A DNA stretch of 64,000 nt, taken from the NCBI GenBank assembly GCA_030831315.1, contig JAURLI010000072.1:20-64019 (forward strand), given 5' to 3'. The notes beneath the pieces are model-generated. The model saw only the letters and a program-made list of their open reading frames with translations. It made no database searches and was not told the origin of the DNA. The number at the start of each line of letters is the position of its first letter. Positions within the stretch are counted from its first letter, which is position 1. The DNA comes from Alphaproteobacteria bacterium (GTDB lineage: Bacteria > Pseudomonadota > Alphaproteobacteria > SMXQ01). Positions 8,440 through 17,166 of this stretch are shown here, piece by piece. The position numbers and the translations under genes were made by a program.

Positions 8440-9165
8440 ATGGCCGATACAGCCAAGAAATCCATCCTCGTCGTTTCCGCTCATGCCGCCGACTTCGTCT
8501 GGCGCTGCGGCGGCGCCATCGCGCTTTACGCCAAGCGCGGCTACCACGTGCGCGTCGTCTGCCTGTCCTACGGCGAGCGCGGCGAATCGGCGAAGGTCTG
8601 GCTCTCGGGCGAACGCGACATGGCCAAGGTCAAGGCCGGGCGCCGGGACGAGGCCGAACGCGCCGCCGCCATTCTGGGCGGCACGCCGGAATTTTACGAC
8701 CTTGGCGACTATCCGATGCGCGTCCCCGAAGAAGCGATCTACCGCCTCGCCGATACCTACCGCGAAATCCGCCCGGAATTCGTCCTCACCCACGCGCTGG
8801 AAGATCCCTACAACTTCGACCACCCGCTCGCCGCCCATGTCGCGCAGGAAGCGCGCGTCATCGCCCAGGCGCACGGCTACAAACCCGACGTCAAGGTGAT
8901 CGGCGCGCCCCAGGTCTACCTGTTCGAGCCGCACCAGACCGAACAGTGCAACTGGAAGCCGCAGTTCATCCTCGACATCTCCGAGGTGTGGGACCAGAAG
9001 CGCAAGGCCTTCGAGATCATGGAAGCGCAGGAATATCTCTGGGACTACTACACCCGCGTGGCGCTCAACCGCGGCATCCAGGGCAAGCGCAATTCCGGCC
9101 GCGACATGAAATACGGCGAGGCCTACCAGCGCATCTTCTCGAACGCCTCGGACCAGTTCATCTGA
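8440..9165 (+). CDS. PIG-L/LmbE-family zinc enzyme, 4-oxalomesaconate hydratase (GalB)-like
   Basis: 241 aa. ILVVSAHAADFVWRCGG...HVRVVCLSYGERGES...EDPYNFDHP fits the PIG-L/LmbE fold. The Pseudomonas putida gallate-pathway hydratase GalB belongs to this family and sits next to a PrpF-family GalD. Confidence 0.75.
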   Translation: MADTAKKSILVVSAHAADFVWRCGGAIALYAKRGYHVRVVCLSYGERGESAKVWLSGERDMAKVKAGRRDEAERAAAILGGTPEFYDLGDYPMRVPEEAIYRLADTYREIRPEFVLTHALEDPYNFDHPLAAHVAQEARVIAQAHGYKPDVKVIGAPQVYLFEPHQTEQCNWKPQFILDISEVWDQKRKAFEIMEAQEYLWDYYTRVALNRGIQGKRNSGRDMKYGEAYQRIFSNASDQFI

Positions 9166-9178
9166 GAACGGGAAAGGT

Positions 9179-10138
9179 CTAGCGGTCGTCGAAGGGCGGC
9201 TTGCCGGGCTCGGGCAGGAAGTTTTCCGTGAGCCCGCGCATGGCATTGCGGCCCATGGCGATCCGCGCATCGACCGTGCACGCCCCCGCATGCGGCGTCG
9301 GGATCAGGTTGGGCAGCGCCAGGAATTCCTTGTCGGCGGGCGGCTCGACGGCGAAGGCATCGATGCCCGCGCAGGAAATCGGCCCGTTGATGAGCGCTTC
9401 CTTCAGCGCCACCTCATCCACCAGAAGCCCGCGCGCGGTATTGACGAAGACGGCACCCGGCTTCATGCGGGAAAAAGCGGCACGGTCGTAGATGTTGCGG
9501 GTCTTCTTCGTCACCGTCAGGTGGACGGACAGGACGTCCGAGCGCGCCAGCAGCTCGTCGAATGACACCGCCTCCACCCCGTACTCGCGATAGAAATCGC
9601 CCATGTCGAGGATATCGCAGGCCAGCACCTTGCAGCCGAAGGGCTGCACCAGCTTGACCACTTCCTTGCCGATATGCCCGCAACCGTGAATGCCAACGGT
9701 GCAGCCGGAAAGATCGCGGCCGAGGATCGGCAGCGGTCCCTTGCCCGCCTTCATCTCGGCAATCAGCGGCGTCACGTGGCGCAGGCCCATCAGCATCAGG
9801 CACAGCGCCAGTTCCGCTACCGAACGCTTGTTGACGCCGCCCGCCCAGCCGAGGCGCACGCCGTGCTTTCGCATGGCGTGAGGATCGACCTTGTCGAGGC
9901 CGACGCCGAGCTTCGCCACCACCTTCAGTTCCGGCAGCGCCGACAGCACGCGGTCGTTGATCGGCTCGAAGGAGACGATCGCCGCGTCATAGCCCCGCAG
10001 GTATTCGATCACCCGTTCCTCGGAGAGGTAATAACGCTCGCCCGCCGTGTTCACCTTGCTGTCGGGATGCATCGCCTTCAGTTCATCCACCAGCGGCGGG
10101 AACTGGGCGAAGGCATAGGCGGGAACGGCGACGCGCAC
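9179..10138 (-). CDS. D-isomer-specific 2-hydroxyacid dehydrogenase family protein
   Basis: 319 aa. NAD fold GIHGCGHIGKEV and catalytic region FVNTARG...D..AL....I..AGIDAF..EP...HAG. GTG start with GAGAGG upstream. Confidence 0.9.
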   Translation of the reverse strand: MRVAVPAYAFAQFPPLVDELKAMHPDSKVNTAGERYYLSEERVIEYLRGYDAAIVSFEPINDRVLSALPELKVVAKLGVGLDKVDPHAMRKHGVRLGWAGGVNKRSVAELALCLMLMGLRHVTPLIAEMKAGKGPLPILGRDLSGCTVGIHGCGHIGKEVVKLVQPFGCKVLACDILDMGDFYREYGVEAVSFDELLARSDVLSVHLTVTKKTRNIYDRAAFSRMKPGAVFVNTARGLLVDEVALKEALINGPISCAGIDAFAVEPPADKEFLALPNLIPTPHAGACTVDARIAMGRNAMRGLTENFLPEPGKPPFDDR

Positions 10139-10164
10139 GGAAGACCTCTCTCGGAAATGGCGAC

Positions 10165-11637
10165 CTAGAGCATGATATTGATCGCTTTTTCTTCCGTATA
10201 GCTCAAGAGATCGTCGAGCGCTTCTTCGCGGCCGGTGCCCGAGTTCTTGTAGCCGCCGAACGGCGTCGCGGCGTAATGGGCGCCGACGCCGTTGATCCAG
10301 ATATAACCCGACTGGATGCGGCGCGCGGTGCGGATGGCGGCGGAAATGTCACGGGTCCAGACCGAACCCGACAGACCGAATTCCAGTTCGTTGGCGATCC
10401 TCAATGTGTCGTCGATATCTGTCCAACGAAACACCGACAGCACCGGGCCGAAGACCTCCTCGCGCGCAAGGCGCATGTCGGGCTTCATGTCGGCGAACAC
10501 CGTGGGTTCGATCCAGTAGCCCTTCTTGAAGGCTTCGCCCGTCGGGCGCTTGCCGCCGGTCATCAGGCGGCCGCCATCGGCCTTGCCCGCCTCGATATAG
10601 TGCAGGACCTTCTGGTACTGGCCCTTGTTGTTGATCGGCCCCATGTCGGAATCGTCCGACAGAGGCTCGCCGATCTTCATCTTGGCGATACGGCCGACGA
10701 GATCATTGAGGAAACGGTCATAGATGTCGGCATGCAGGAACAGGCGGCTGGTGGAGCCGCAGGACTGGCCCTGCCAGGCGAAGTTCATGCCGTTGATGGC
10801 GGCGGGAATGGCCTTTTCGAGATCGGCATCGGGGAAGACGATCATCGGGTTCTTGCCGCCAAGCTCCAGCGTCACGTTCTTGACCGCGACCTCGGCCGCC
10901 GTGCGCTGGATCATCATGCCGGTCGGCACCGAGCCGATGAAGGCCAGGCGCTTCACCCGCGGATGGCGAACCAGCGCGTCGCCCGCCTCGCGCCCCATGC
11001 CGGTGACGATGTTGACGACGCCCGGCGGCAGGATGTCCGCGCAGATCTCGGCAAGGATGCAGGCGCTGAACGGGCTTTGCTCGGACGGCTTTTCGACGAT
11101 GGTGTTGCCCGCCATGAGGGGGGCGGCCATCTTGGCAGCGGCGAACATCAGCGGGTGGTTGAAGGGGATGATGCGGCCGACGACGCCGTAGGGTTCGCGT
11201 ACGGTGATATGCAGGTTTTCCGGCGTCGCCGGGATGGTGTCGCCTTTGATCTCGTAGCCGAGGCCGGCGTAGTAATAGAGCTGGTCATAGGCGATCTGCA
11301 CGTCGCCGCGCATCTTGGCGATGGTATTGCCGGTGTCGATGACCTCGGTGACGAGGATGCGCTGGGATTGTTCCTTCAGCGCATCGGCCAGCTTGCGCAT
11401 GTAGCGCGCGCGCTCGGGCACCGGCAGCGCCGCCCAGGCGGGCTGCGCCGCTTCCGCCGCCTCGACCGCCGCGGCAATATCCTTCGCCGAGCCTTCCGGA
11501 ACCGATCCCAGGACTTCCTCGTTGGCCGGGTCGATCGATTCGAAGCGGCGCCCCGATTCGCTTTCGACCAGCTTGCCGTTGATCAGCATCCGCGGGTTTT
11601 CGATGGGAATGGCGTGGGAAAAGGACTGGGCAGACAT
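10165..11637 (-). CDS. NAD(P)-dependent aldehyde dehydrogenase
   Basis: ORF track 10165..11748 trimmed to the ATG at 11637 (GGGAG upstream). ALDH motifs VTLELGGKNP, FAWQGQSCGSTSR and EEVFGPV are present. Confidence 0.9.
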   Translation of the reverse strand: MSAQSFSHAIPIENPRMLINGKLVESESGRRFESIDPANEEVLGSVPEGSAKDIAAAVEAAEAAQPAWAALPVPERARYMRKLADALKEQSQRILVTEVIDTGNTIAKMRGDVQIAYDQLYYYAGLGYEIKGDTIPATPENLHITVREPYGVVGRIIPFNHPLMFAAAKMAAPLMAGNTIVEKPSEQSPFSACILAEICADILPPGVVNIVTGMGREAGDALVRHPRVKRLAFIGSVPTGMMIQRTAAEVAVKNVTLELGGKNPMIVFPDADLEKAIPAAINGMNFAWQGQSCGSTSRLFLHADIYDRFLNDLVGRIAKMKIGEPLSDDSDMGPINNKGQYQKVLHYIEAGKADGGRLMTGGKRPTGEAFKKGYWIEPTVFADMKPDMRLAREEVFGPVLSVFRWTDIDDTLRIANELEFGLSGSVWTRDISAAIRTARRIQSGYIWINGVGAHYAATPFGGYKNSGTGREEALDDLLSYTEEKAINIML

Positions 11638-11829
11638 GCTGGGGACTCCCTGATTATCGTTCTTGCCGTGCCTCAAATTGGTCCACGGCCCCGCCGCGGT
11701 CCAATAATATTTTGTAACCACCGGATCGTCTTGCGTTATGGCCGGCAACTACATGGTTTTACATAAAAAGACTGGAATTGAGAGAGGCCTGCCAAATGCC
11801 GATCCAAACCCGATCTATTACTTATTTTT

Positions 11830-12711
11830 ATGGGTACCCCCGGCATTGTGACTGGACAGGGCAGGCCCCGTCGCGCACCGTCAGGCAAAAGATGCGGCCA
11901 CGGGCCGCGCGGGGAGGCCGGACTGCTCGAGCTCTATCACAACGCCATGTCCGCCTGCAGCCAGAAGGTCCGCTTCTGCCTGGAGGAGAAGGGCCTTGAG
12001 TGGACCGACCGGCACATGAACCTGCGCGCGGGCGACCAGCAGACGCCCGCCTATCTCGCGCTCAACCCGCTGGGGGTGGTACCGACCCTGGTCCATGATG
12101 GCGCCGTGATCCCCGAATCGACCGTCATCAACGAATATCTCGATGACATCGCCCCTGCACCACCGCTGCGCCCCGCCGCCCCGGTGTCCGCCGCGCGCAT
12201 GCGCCTATGGACGAAGCAGCTCGATGAATGGATCCATGCCGATACGGGCGTCATTTCCAACGCGCTTGCCTTCCGCCACCAGAAGCTCGCCCTCGGCCCC
12301 GACAAGCTGCACGAGCTGATCGCGAGAATGCCCGACCCCGCCAAGCGGGCGCGCTATCAGTCCGTCGTCTATGAAGGCACCGCCTCTCCGCTCTTCATCG
12401 ATGCGATCAAGCGCTTCGCGTTCCTGATCGGCGCGCTCGACGATGCCCTTGAGGCCGGACCGTGGCTTGCCGGGCCGGAAATATCCCTTGCCGATATCGG
12501 TTACGCGCCGTATCTCACTCGACTGGAACATTTACGACTGCACAGGGTCTGGGACGACAAGCCGCGCGTGGCGGACTGGTACGAACGCATAAAGGAACGA
12601 CCGGCCTATGGCCGTTCCCACCGCGACTGGTTCGACGAAAAATACCTGACCCTGATGGCGGAAAAAGGTGACGACGCCTGGCCCGGGGTTGCCGCGGCGC
12701 TCGGCGCCTGA
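11830..12711 (+). CDS. Glutathione S-transferase family protein (start uncertain; probable CTG start at 11923)
   Basis: GST N-domain LELYHNAMSACSQKVRFCLEEKGLEW...LNPLGVVPTLVHDGAVIPESTVINEYLDD plus an alpha-helical C-domain. The ATG at 11830 has no SD and adds about 31 non-GST residues. The CTG at 11923 lies 5 nt after GGGGAGG. Confidence 0.8.
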   Translation: MGTPGIVTGQGRPRRAPSGKRCGHGPRGEAGLLELYHNAMSACSQKVRFCLEEKGLEWTDRHMNLRAGDQQTPAYLALNPLGVVPTLVHDGAVIPESTVINEYLDDIAPAPPLRPAAPVSAARMRLWTKQLDEWIHADTGVISNALAFRHQKLALGPDKLHELIARMPDPAKRARYQSVVYEGTASPLFIDAIKRFAFLIGALDDALEAGPWLAGPEISLADIGYAPYLTRLEHLRLHRVWDDKPRVADWYERIKERPAYGRSHRDWFDEKYLTLMAEKGDDAWPGVAAALGA

Positions 12712-12757
12712 ACCCGAAACGCGTTTTCTTATTTGCCCACTCGATACGAGGAACACC

Positions 12758-14623
12758 ATGTCCAAGAAGCCCAGCAAAAAGACCGCCACCGCGAAGAACG
12801 AGGCGGCTTTTCCCAAGCTCGACCGCCCCAAGGGCCTCGGAAACCGGCGCATGGGCTGGGGTTCGGACGTCGCCGCCGAGGCGATCCGCCGCCTCGACCT
12901 CAAGTACATCGCGCTGGTACCCGGCGCCAGCTATCGCGGCCTGCATGATTCGATCGTCAACTACCTGGGCAACGCCAATCCCCAGATGATGGTCTGCCTG
13001 CACGAGGAGCACGCCGTCGCCATCGCCGACGGCTACGCCCGCATCACCGAAAAGCCGATGGCCGTGGCGCTGCATTCCAACGTCGGCCTGATGCACGGCA
13101 TCATGCCGATCTTCAATTCCTGGTGTGGCCGCACGCCGGTCGTCATCTTCGGTGCGACCGGCCCGGTCGATGCCGACAAGCGCCGCCCGTGGATCGACTG
13201 GATCCATACCGCCAAGGACCAGGGCGGCATGATCCGCCCCTTCGTCAAGTTCGACGACCAGCCCGCCTCGCCGCAGGCGACGGTCGAATCGATCCTTCGC
13301 GCCACCCAGATGGCGACGACGCGCCCGTTCGGCCCGGTCTATATCTGCCTCGACGCCGACCTGCAGGAAGCGCCGCTCGACGGCGAGGTGCTGTTCCCCG
13401 ATCCCGCGCGCTTTCGCGCAGCACCGCCGCCGCCGGCCGCCGCCGACAGCGTGAAGGAAACCCTCGCCATCCTGCGCAAGGCCCGTTTTCCGCTGTTCAT
13501 GATGGGGCGCGTGTCGCGCAGCGAGGACGACTGGGCACGGCGCGTGCGTCTGGCCGAAGCGCTCGGCGCCGTCGTCATCACCGACCAGCACAATGGCGCC
13601 GCCTTCCCGACCGAACACCCCAACCATGTCGCCGCACCGTCCTTCCGCGTGAATGCGCCGGTGGCCGACCTGATGAAACAGGCCGACGTCATTGTTTCCT
13701 TCGACTGGCTCGACCTCGCCGGTACCTTGCGCCATGTCTTCGGCACCTCGCAGACCCAGGCCCCCGTCGACAAGACCGTGATCTCGTGCTCCCTCGATTC
13801 CCTCATCCACAACGGCTGGAGCGCCGATCACCAAGCTCTGCCCGCCGTCGATGTGCCCGTGCTTGCCGATCCCGATGTCTTCATCGGGCAGTTGCTCGAC
13901 GCGATGGGACCGGCAGCGAAGAAGACCGCTCCCCTGCCTGCCGGTGCGCGCAAGGCGACCCACTGGATCAAGGGCCCCGGCGGCAAGCTGAAAGCATCGG
14001 AAAGCGGGCCGCTGGCGCCGCTTGACCTCGCACTGACGATGTCTGCGTTCGCGCGCGCTAATGCGGGCGTACTGTCGCGCACGCCGCTCGGCTTCCCGGG
14101 TGAGGCCTGCCGCTTCACCCACCCGCTCGACTTCCTCGGCAACGACCAGGGCGGCGCCGTCGGCTCCGGCCCCGGTCACGCGGTAGGCGCGGCGCTGGCG
14201 CTGCGCGACAGCGAGCGCATGGCGATCGCCGTCATCGGCGACGGCGACTTCCTGATGGGCGTCAATGCACTGTGGACGGCGTCGCACTGCGAGCTGCCGC
14301 TGCTTCTTGTCGTCGCCAACAACCGCTCCTACTTCAACGACGAAGGCCATCAGGAGCGCGTCGCCATCGACCGCGACCGGCCCAAGGAAAACAAGTGGAT
14401 CGGACAGCAGATCGACAAGCCTGCCGTGGACCTCTGCAAGATGGCGGAAGCCCAGGGCTTTGAGGCGGAACAGGTGTCGACGACCAAGGACCTGCGCGCG
14501 GCGCTCGAGCGCGGCAAGAAGGCCTACAGGAAGGGCGGGCGCTACATGATCGACGCCCGTGTGCTGCCGGGCTATGCGGAGATCGCCGCGCGCGGCGCTT
14601 CGGGCGGACGCGGCGGGAAGTAG
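12758..14623 (+). CDS. Thiamine-diphosphate-dependent enzyme (acetolactate synthase / benzoylformate decarboxylase superfamily)
   Basis: ORF track 12668..14623 trimmed to the ATG at 12758 (GAGGAA upstream). ThDP motif GDGDFLMGVNALWTASHCELPLLLVVANN. N-terminal Pyr domain VPGASYRGLHDSI...HEEHAVAIADGYAR. There is a ~30-aa basic N-terminal extension, MSKKPSKKTATAKNEAAFPK. Confidence 0.9.
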   Translation: MSKKPSKKTATAKNEAAFPKLDRPKGLGNRRMGWGSDVAAEAIRRLDLKYIALVPGASYRGLHDSIVNYLGNANPQMMVCLHEEHAVAIADGYARITEKPMAVALHSNVGLMHGIMPIFNSWCGRTPVVIFGATGPVDADKRRPWIDWIHTAKDQGGMIRPFVKFDDQPASPQATVESILRATQMATTRPFGPVYICLDADLQEAPLDGEVLFPDPARFRAAPPPPAAADSVKETLAILRKARFPLFMMGRVSRSEDDWARRVRLAEALGAVVITDQHNGAAFPTEHPNHVAAPSFRVNAPVADLMKQADVIVSFDWLDLAGTLRHVFGTSQTQAPVDKTVISCSLDSLIHNGWSADHQALPAVDVPVLADPDVFIGQLLDAMGPAAKKTAPLPAGARKATHWIKGPGGKLKASESGPLAPLDLALTMSAFARANAGVLSRTPLGFPGEACRFTHPLDFLGNDQGGAVGSGPGHAVGAALALRDSERMAIAVIGDGDFLMGVNALWTASHCELPLLLVVANNRSYFNDEGHQERVAIDRDRPKENKWIGQQIDKPAVDLCKMAEAQGFEAEQVSTTKDLRAALERGKKAYRKGGRYMIDARVLPGYAEIAARGASGGRGGK

Positions 14624-14626
14624 GAC

Positions 14627-15025
14627 CTAGTCCTTCTTCCCCCGCCATTCCTCGGTGGTCTCGAACACCTCCTGCGCCAGGTGCATGGCTCCGTTCGCCG
14701 CGGGCAGGCCGCAGTAGAGACCGGACTGTAGGATCGCTTCCTTGATCTCCGCCCGCGTGACGCCGGTGTTGGCGGCAGAGCGCAGATGCATGATCAGTTC
14801 CGATTCGCGGTTGAGCGCGATCAGCATGACGATGGTCAGGAGGCTGCGCGTCTTCTTGTCCATGCCCGGCCGCGACCACACGTCGCCCCAGGCGTATTTG
14901 GTGATGAAATCCTGAAAATCCGCGTTGAAGTCGTTGCGGTTCTTTTCGGCGCGATCCACATGAGCATCGCCCAGCACCGAACGGCGCGTCGCCATGCCCT
15001 GCTTGTGGCGGTCCTTTTCGTCCAT
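14627..15025 (-). CDS. pcaC: 4-carboxymuconolactone decarboxylase
   Basis: ORF track 14627..15412 trimmed to MDEKDRHKQG... (132 aa). This is a CMD-family sequence (FITKYAWGDVWSRPGMDKKTRSLLTIVMLIALNRESELIMHLRSA) in pca operon context. Confidence 0.9.
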   Translation of the reverse strand: MDEKDRHKQGMATRRSVLGDAHVDRAEKNRNDFNADFQDFITKYAWGDVWSRPGMDKKTRSLLTIVMLIALNRESELIMHLRSAANTGVTRAEIKEAILQSGLYCGLPAANGAMHLAQEVFETTEEWRGKKD

Positions 15026-15039
15026 GACGGTCTCCCCGG

Positions 15040-16383
15040 TTAACTGCGTCGCGCGAGAACGCGATCGACGAAATCGAGCGCCGAGCCGAGATAGGCCTCG
15101 GGCCTGAGCGCGGCGTCGATCTCGCGCGCTGCCAGCGCCTTCGATATTTCCCTGTCGGCGAGAAGTGCGGTACGCAGGTCCGTTCCAGCCTTCACCGCCG
15201 CCGTACTTGCGCGCTTGATCGCGGCATGGGCGGCACCCTGCCCGATCTTTCGCGCAAGAACCATCTTCACCGATTCCGACATCATCTGCCCGCCCGATGC
15301 CGCAAGGTTGGCCGCCATGCGTTTGGGGAACACCTCCAGCCCTTTGGCCAGGAACACCGCCTGTTCGAGCGATCCGCCGGCAAGGGCGAACAGTTCCGGC
15401 ACCACCGCCCATTCCGCCTGCCAGCCGCCGAGGCCGCGCTCATTTTCCTGCGGCATCGCGGCCAGAAGCGTCTGGGCCAGGCCAGGTGCCCGCGTCGCAT
15501 TGGCAAGGATGGCAGCACACGACACGGGGTTGCGTTTCTGCGGCATGGCGGAAGACCCGCCACGGCCGGGTCCCGCGGGCTCGGCCACTTCGCCGATTTC
15601 GGTCTGGGCCAGCAATGCGATATCGCGCGCCATCTTGCCCAGCGTTCCGGCAAGGGAAGCAGCAAACAGGCCCGCTTCCACCACGCGGTCGCGATTGCCG
15701 TGCCAGGGCGCATCGGGCAACGCGAGTTTCAGATCGCGGGCGAGATTGCGCGCCACCTGCGGCCCCTTCTTGCCAAGCGAGGCCAAGGTTCCCGCGGCCC
15801 CGCCGAATTGCAGGACAAGGGCGCGCGCGCGCAATTCGCCAAGCCGCGCGCGGTGGCGCCTCACGCCATCGAGCCAGCCCGCCGCCTTGAGGCCGAAAGT
15901 CACCGGCAACGCCTGCTGCATCCACGTGCGCCCGGCCATCGGCGTCGCGCGGTATTTTTTGGCGAGCCGCGCCAGCGCGCGCTCGAGCTTCTTGAGGTCC
16001 GCCTCGACAATGGCGAAAGCCGCGCGCAACTGCAGCACGAGGCCGGTATCCATCGCATCCTGGCTGGTCGCCCCCCAGTGCACGAAGCCCGCAGCCGTCT
16101 TGTTCTTTGCGGCCACCTTGGCTGCGAGCGCCGCCTGCAGGGGAATGAAGGTATTGCCGGCGTCACGCGCCGCAGCACCGATGGCAGCCAGGTCAAAAGC
16201 CGCCGCGTCGCAGGCATTGATGATGGGGCCGACGGCAACGCGCGGAATGACGCCTGCCCCCGCTTCGGCGCGCGCAAGGGCCGCTTCGAAATCGAGCATG
16301 CCCTGAACATGGGCCCTGTCGTTGAACACCGCCTGCATGGCGCGGCCCGCGAAGATCTGGTCGAAGAGTCCGCCGCCCGCCAT
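15040..16383 (-). CDS. pcaB: 3-carboxy-cis,cis-muconate cycloisomerase
   Basis: 447 aa, fumarate-lyase superfamily (HWGATSQDAMDT, GSSAMPQKRNP), lying between pcaJ and pcaC. Confidence 0.9.
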   Translation of the reverse strand: MAGGGLFDQIFAGRAMQAVFNDRAHVQGMLDFEAALARAEAGAGVIPRVAVGPIINACDAAAFDLAAIGAAARDAGNTFIPLQAALAAKVAAKNKTAAGFVHWGATSQDAMDTGLVLQLRAAFAIVEADLKKLERALARLAKKYRATPMAGRTWMQQALPVTFGLKAAGWLDGVRRHRARLGELRARALVLQFGGAAGTLASLGKKGPQVARNLARDLKLALPDAPWHGNRDRVVEAGLFAASLAGTLGKMARDIALLAQTEIGEVAEPAGPGRGGSSAMPQKRNPVSCAAILANATRAPGLAQTLLAAMPQENERGLGGWQAEWAVVPELFALAGGSLEQAVFLAKGLEVFPKRMAANLAASGGQMMSESVKMVLARKIGQGAAHAAIKRASTAAVKAGTDLRTALLADREISKALAAREIDAALRPEAYLGSALDFVDRVLARRS

Positions 16384-16392
16384 CGCGCGCCC

Positions 16393-17166
16393 CTATTTAC
16401 CCGTGCCGTGGGCTTCGGCTGTGCGTTTGAGAAGATCGCGCAGCACCATGAGTTCCGTTTCGCTGGGCGAGCCGGTTTCGCGCAGGTCGTTGGCGAAGCG
16501 GACATCCCAGCCGGTCTTTTCGCGCACCTGGTCGGCGGTGACGCCAGGATGCAGGTCGGTCACGACCAGTTCCCGCGTCTCGGGATCGGGCCGCATGATG
16601 CAGAGATCGGTGATCACCGCCGTCGGCCCCTTGCCGGTCAGGCCCGCGGCTTGACGCGAGCCACCGCCCGTCAGGTGGCCCGCCGTGGTGATGAAATCGA
16701 GCTTGTCGACGAAGGCGCGCTTGTCCTGGCTCATGATGATCAGGATTTCGCCCGCCATGGCTGCGATCTCGGGCGCGCCGCCGGCACCCGGCAGGCGCAC
16801 CTTGGGCGCGTCATAAGGACCGATGACCGTGGTGTTGAGATTGGCGAAGCGGTCGATCTGCGCGCCGCCGAGGAAACCCACGTCAATGCGCCCGCCCTGC
16901 AGCCAGTAGCGGAAGATTTCCGGCGTGGACACGACCGTATCGGCATTGACCGCGAGATCGCCGTCGCCGATGGACAGCGGCAGGACCTCGGGCTTGGCGC
17001 CGATGGGGCCCGATTCGTAGATCAGCACCGCTTCCGGGGCATGGGTCAGGCGCGCGAGGTTGGCCGCCGTCGAGGGCAGGCCGATGCCGACGAAGCACAC
17101 GGTGCCGTTGCCCAGCATCCGCGCCGCGGCGACAGTCATCATTTCGCTGGTGGTGTAATCGGCCAT
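16393..17166 (-). CDS. pcaJ: 3-oxoadipate CoA-transferase subunit B
   Basis: ORF track 16393..17247 trimmed to MADYTTSEMMTVAAARML.... The start overlaps the pcaI stop by 1 nt (TGATG). CoA-transferase family I beta subunit. Confidence 0.9.
   Translation of the reverse strand: MADYTTSEMMTVAAARMLGNGTVCFVGIGLPSTAANLARLTHAPEAVLIYESGPIGAKPEVLPLSIGDGDLAVNADTVVSTPEIFRYWLQGGRIDVGFLGGAQIDRFANLNTTVIGPYDAPKVRLPGAGGAPEIAAMAGEILIIMSQDKRAFVDKLDFITTAGHLTGGGSRQAAGLTGKGPTAVITDLCIMRPDPETRELVVTDLHPGVTADQVREKTGWDVRFANDLRETGSPSETELMVLRDLLKRTAEAHGTGK

Noticed and set aside
8040-9182. 380-aa Arg/Pro-rich ORF on the plus strand overlapping the GalD-like and GalB-like genes.
   Set aside because: It is out of frame with two well-supported genes. 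Its composition (RRRGHDPLLHPPCLPRHHRR...) is typical of frame-shifted GC-rich coding sequence.
11640-11829. Direct repeat GGTCCA-N13-GGTCCA and AT-rich patches in the ALDH/GST divergent spacer, considered as a regulator site.
   Set aside because: The hexamers are short, there is no symmetry, and no adjacent regulator gene exists. This cannot be distinguished from chance.
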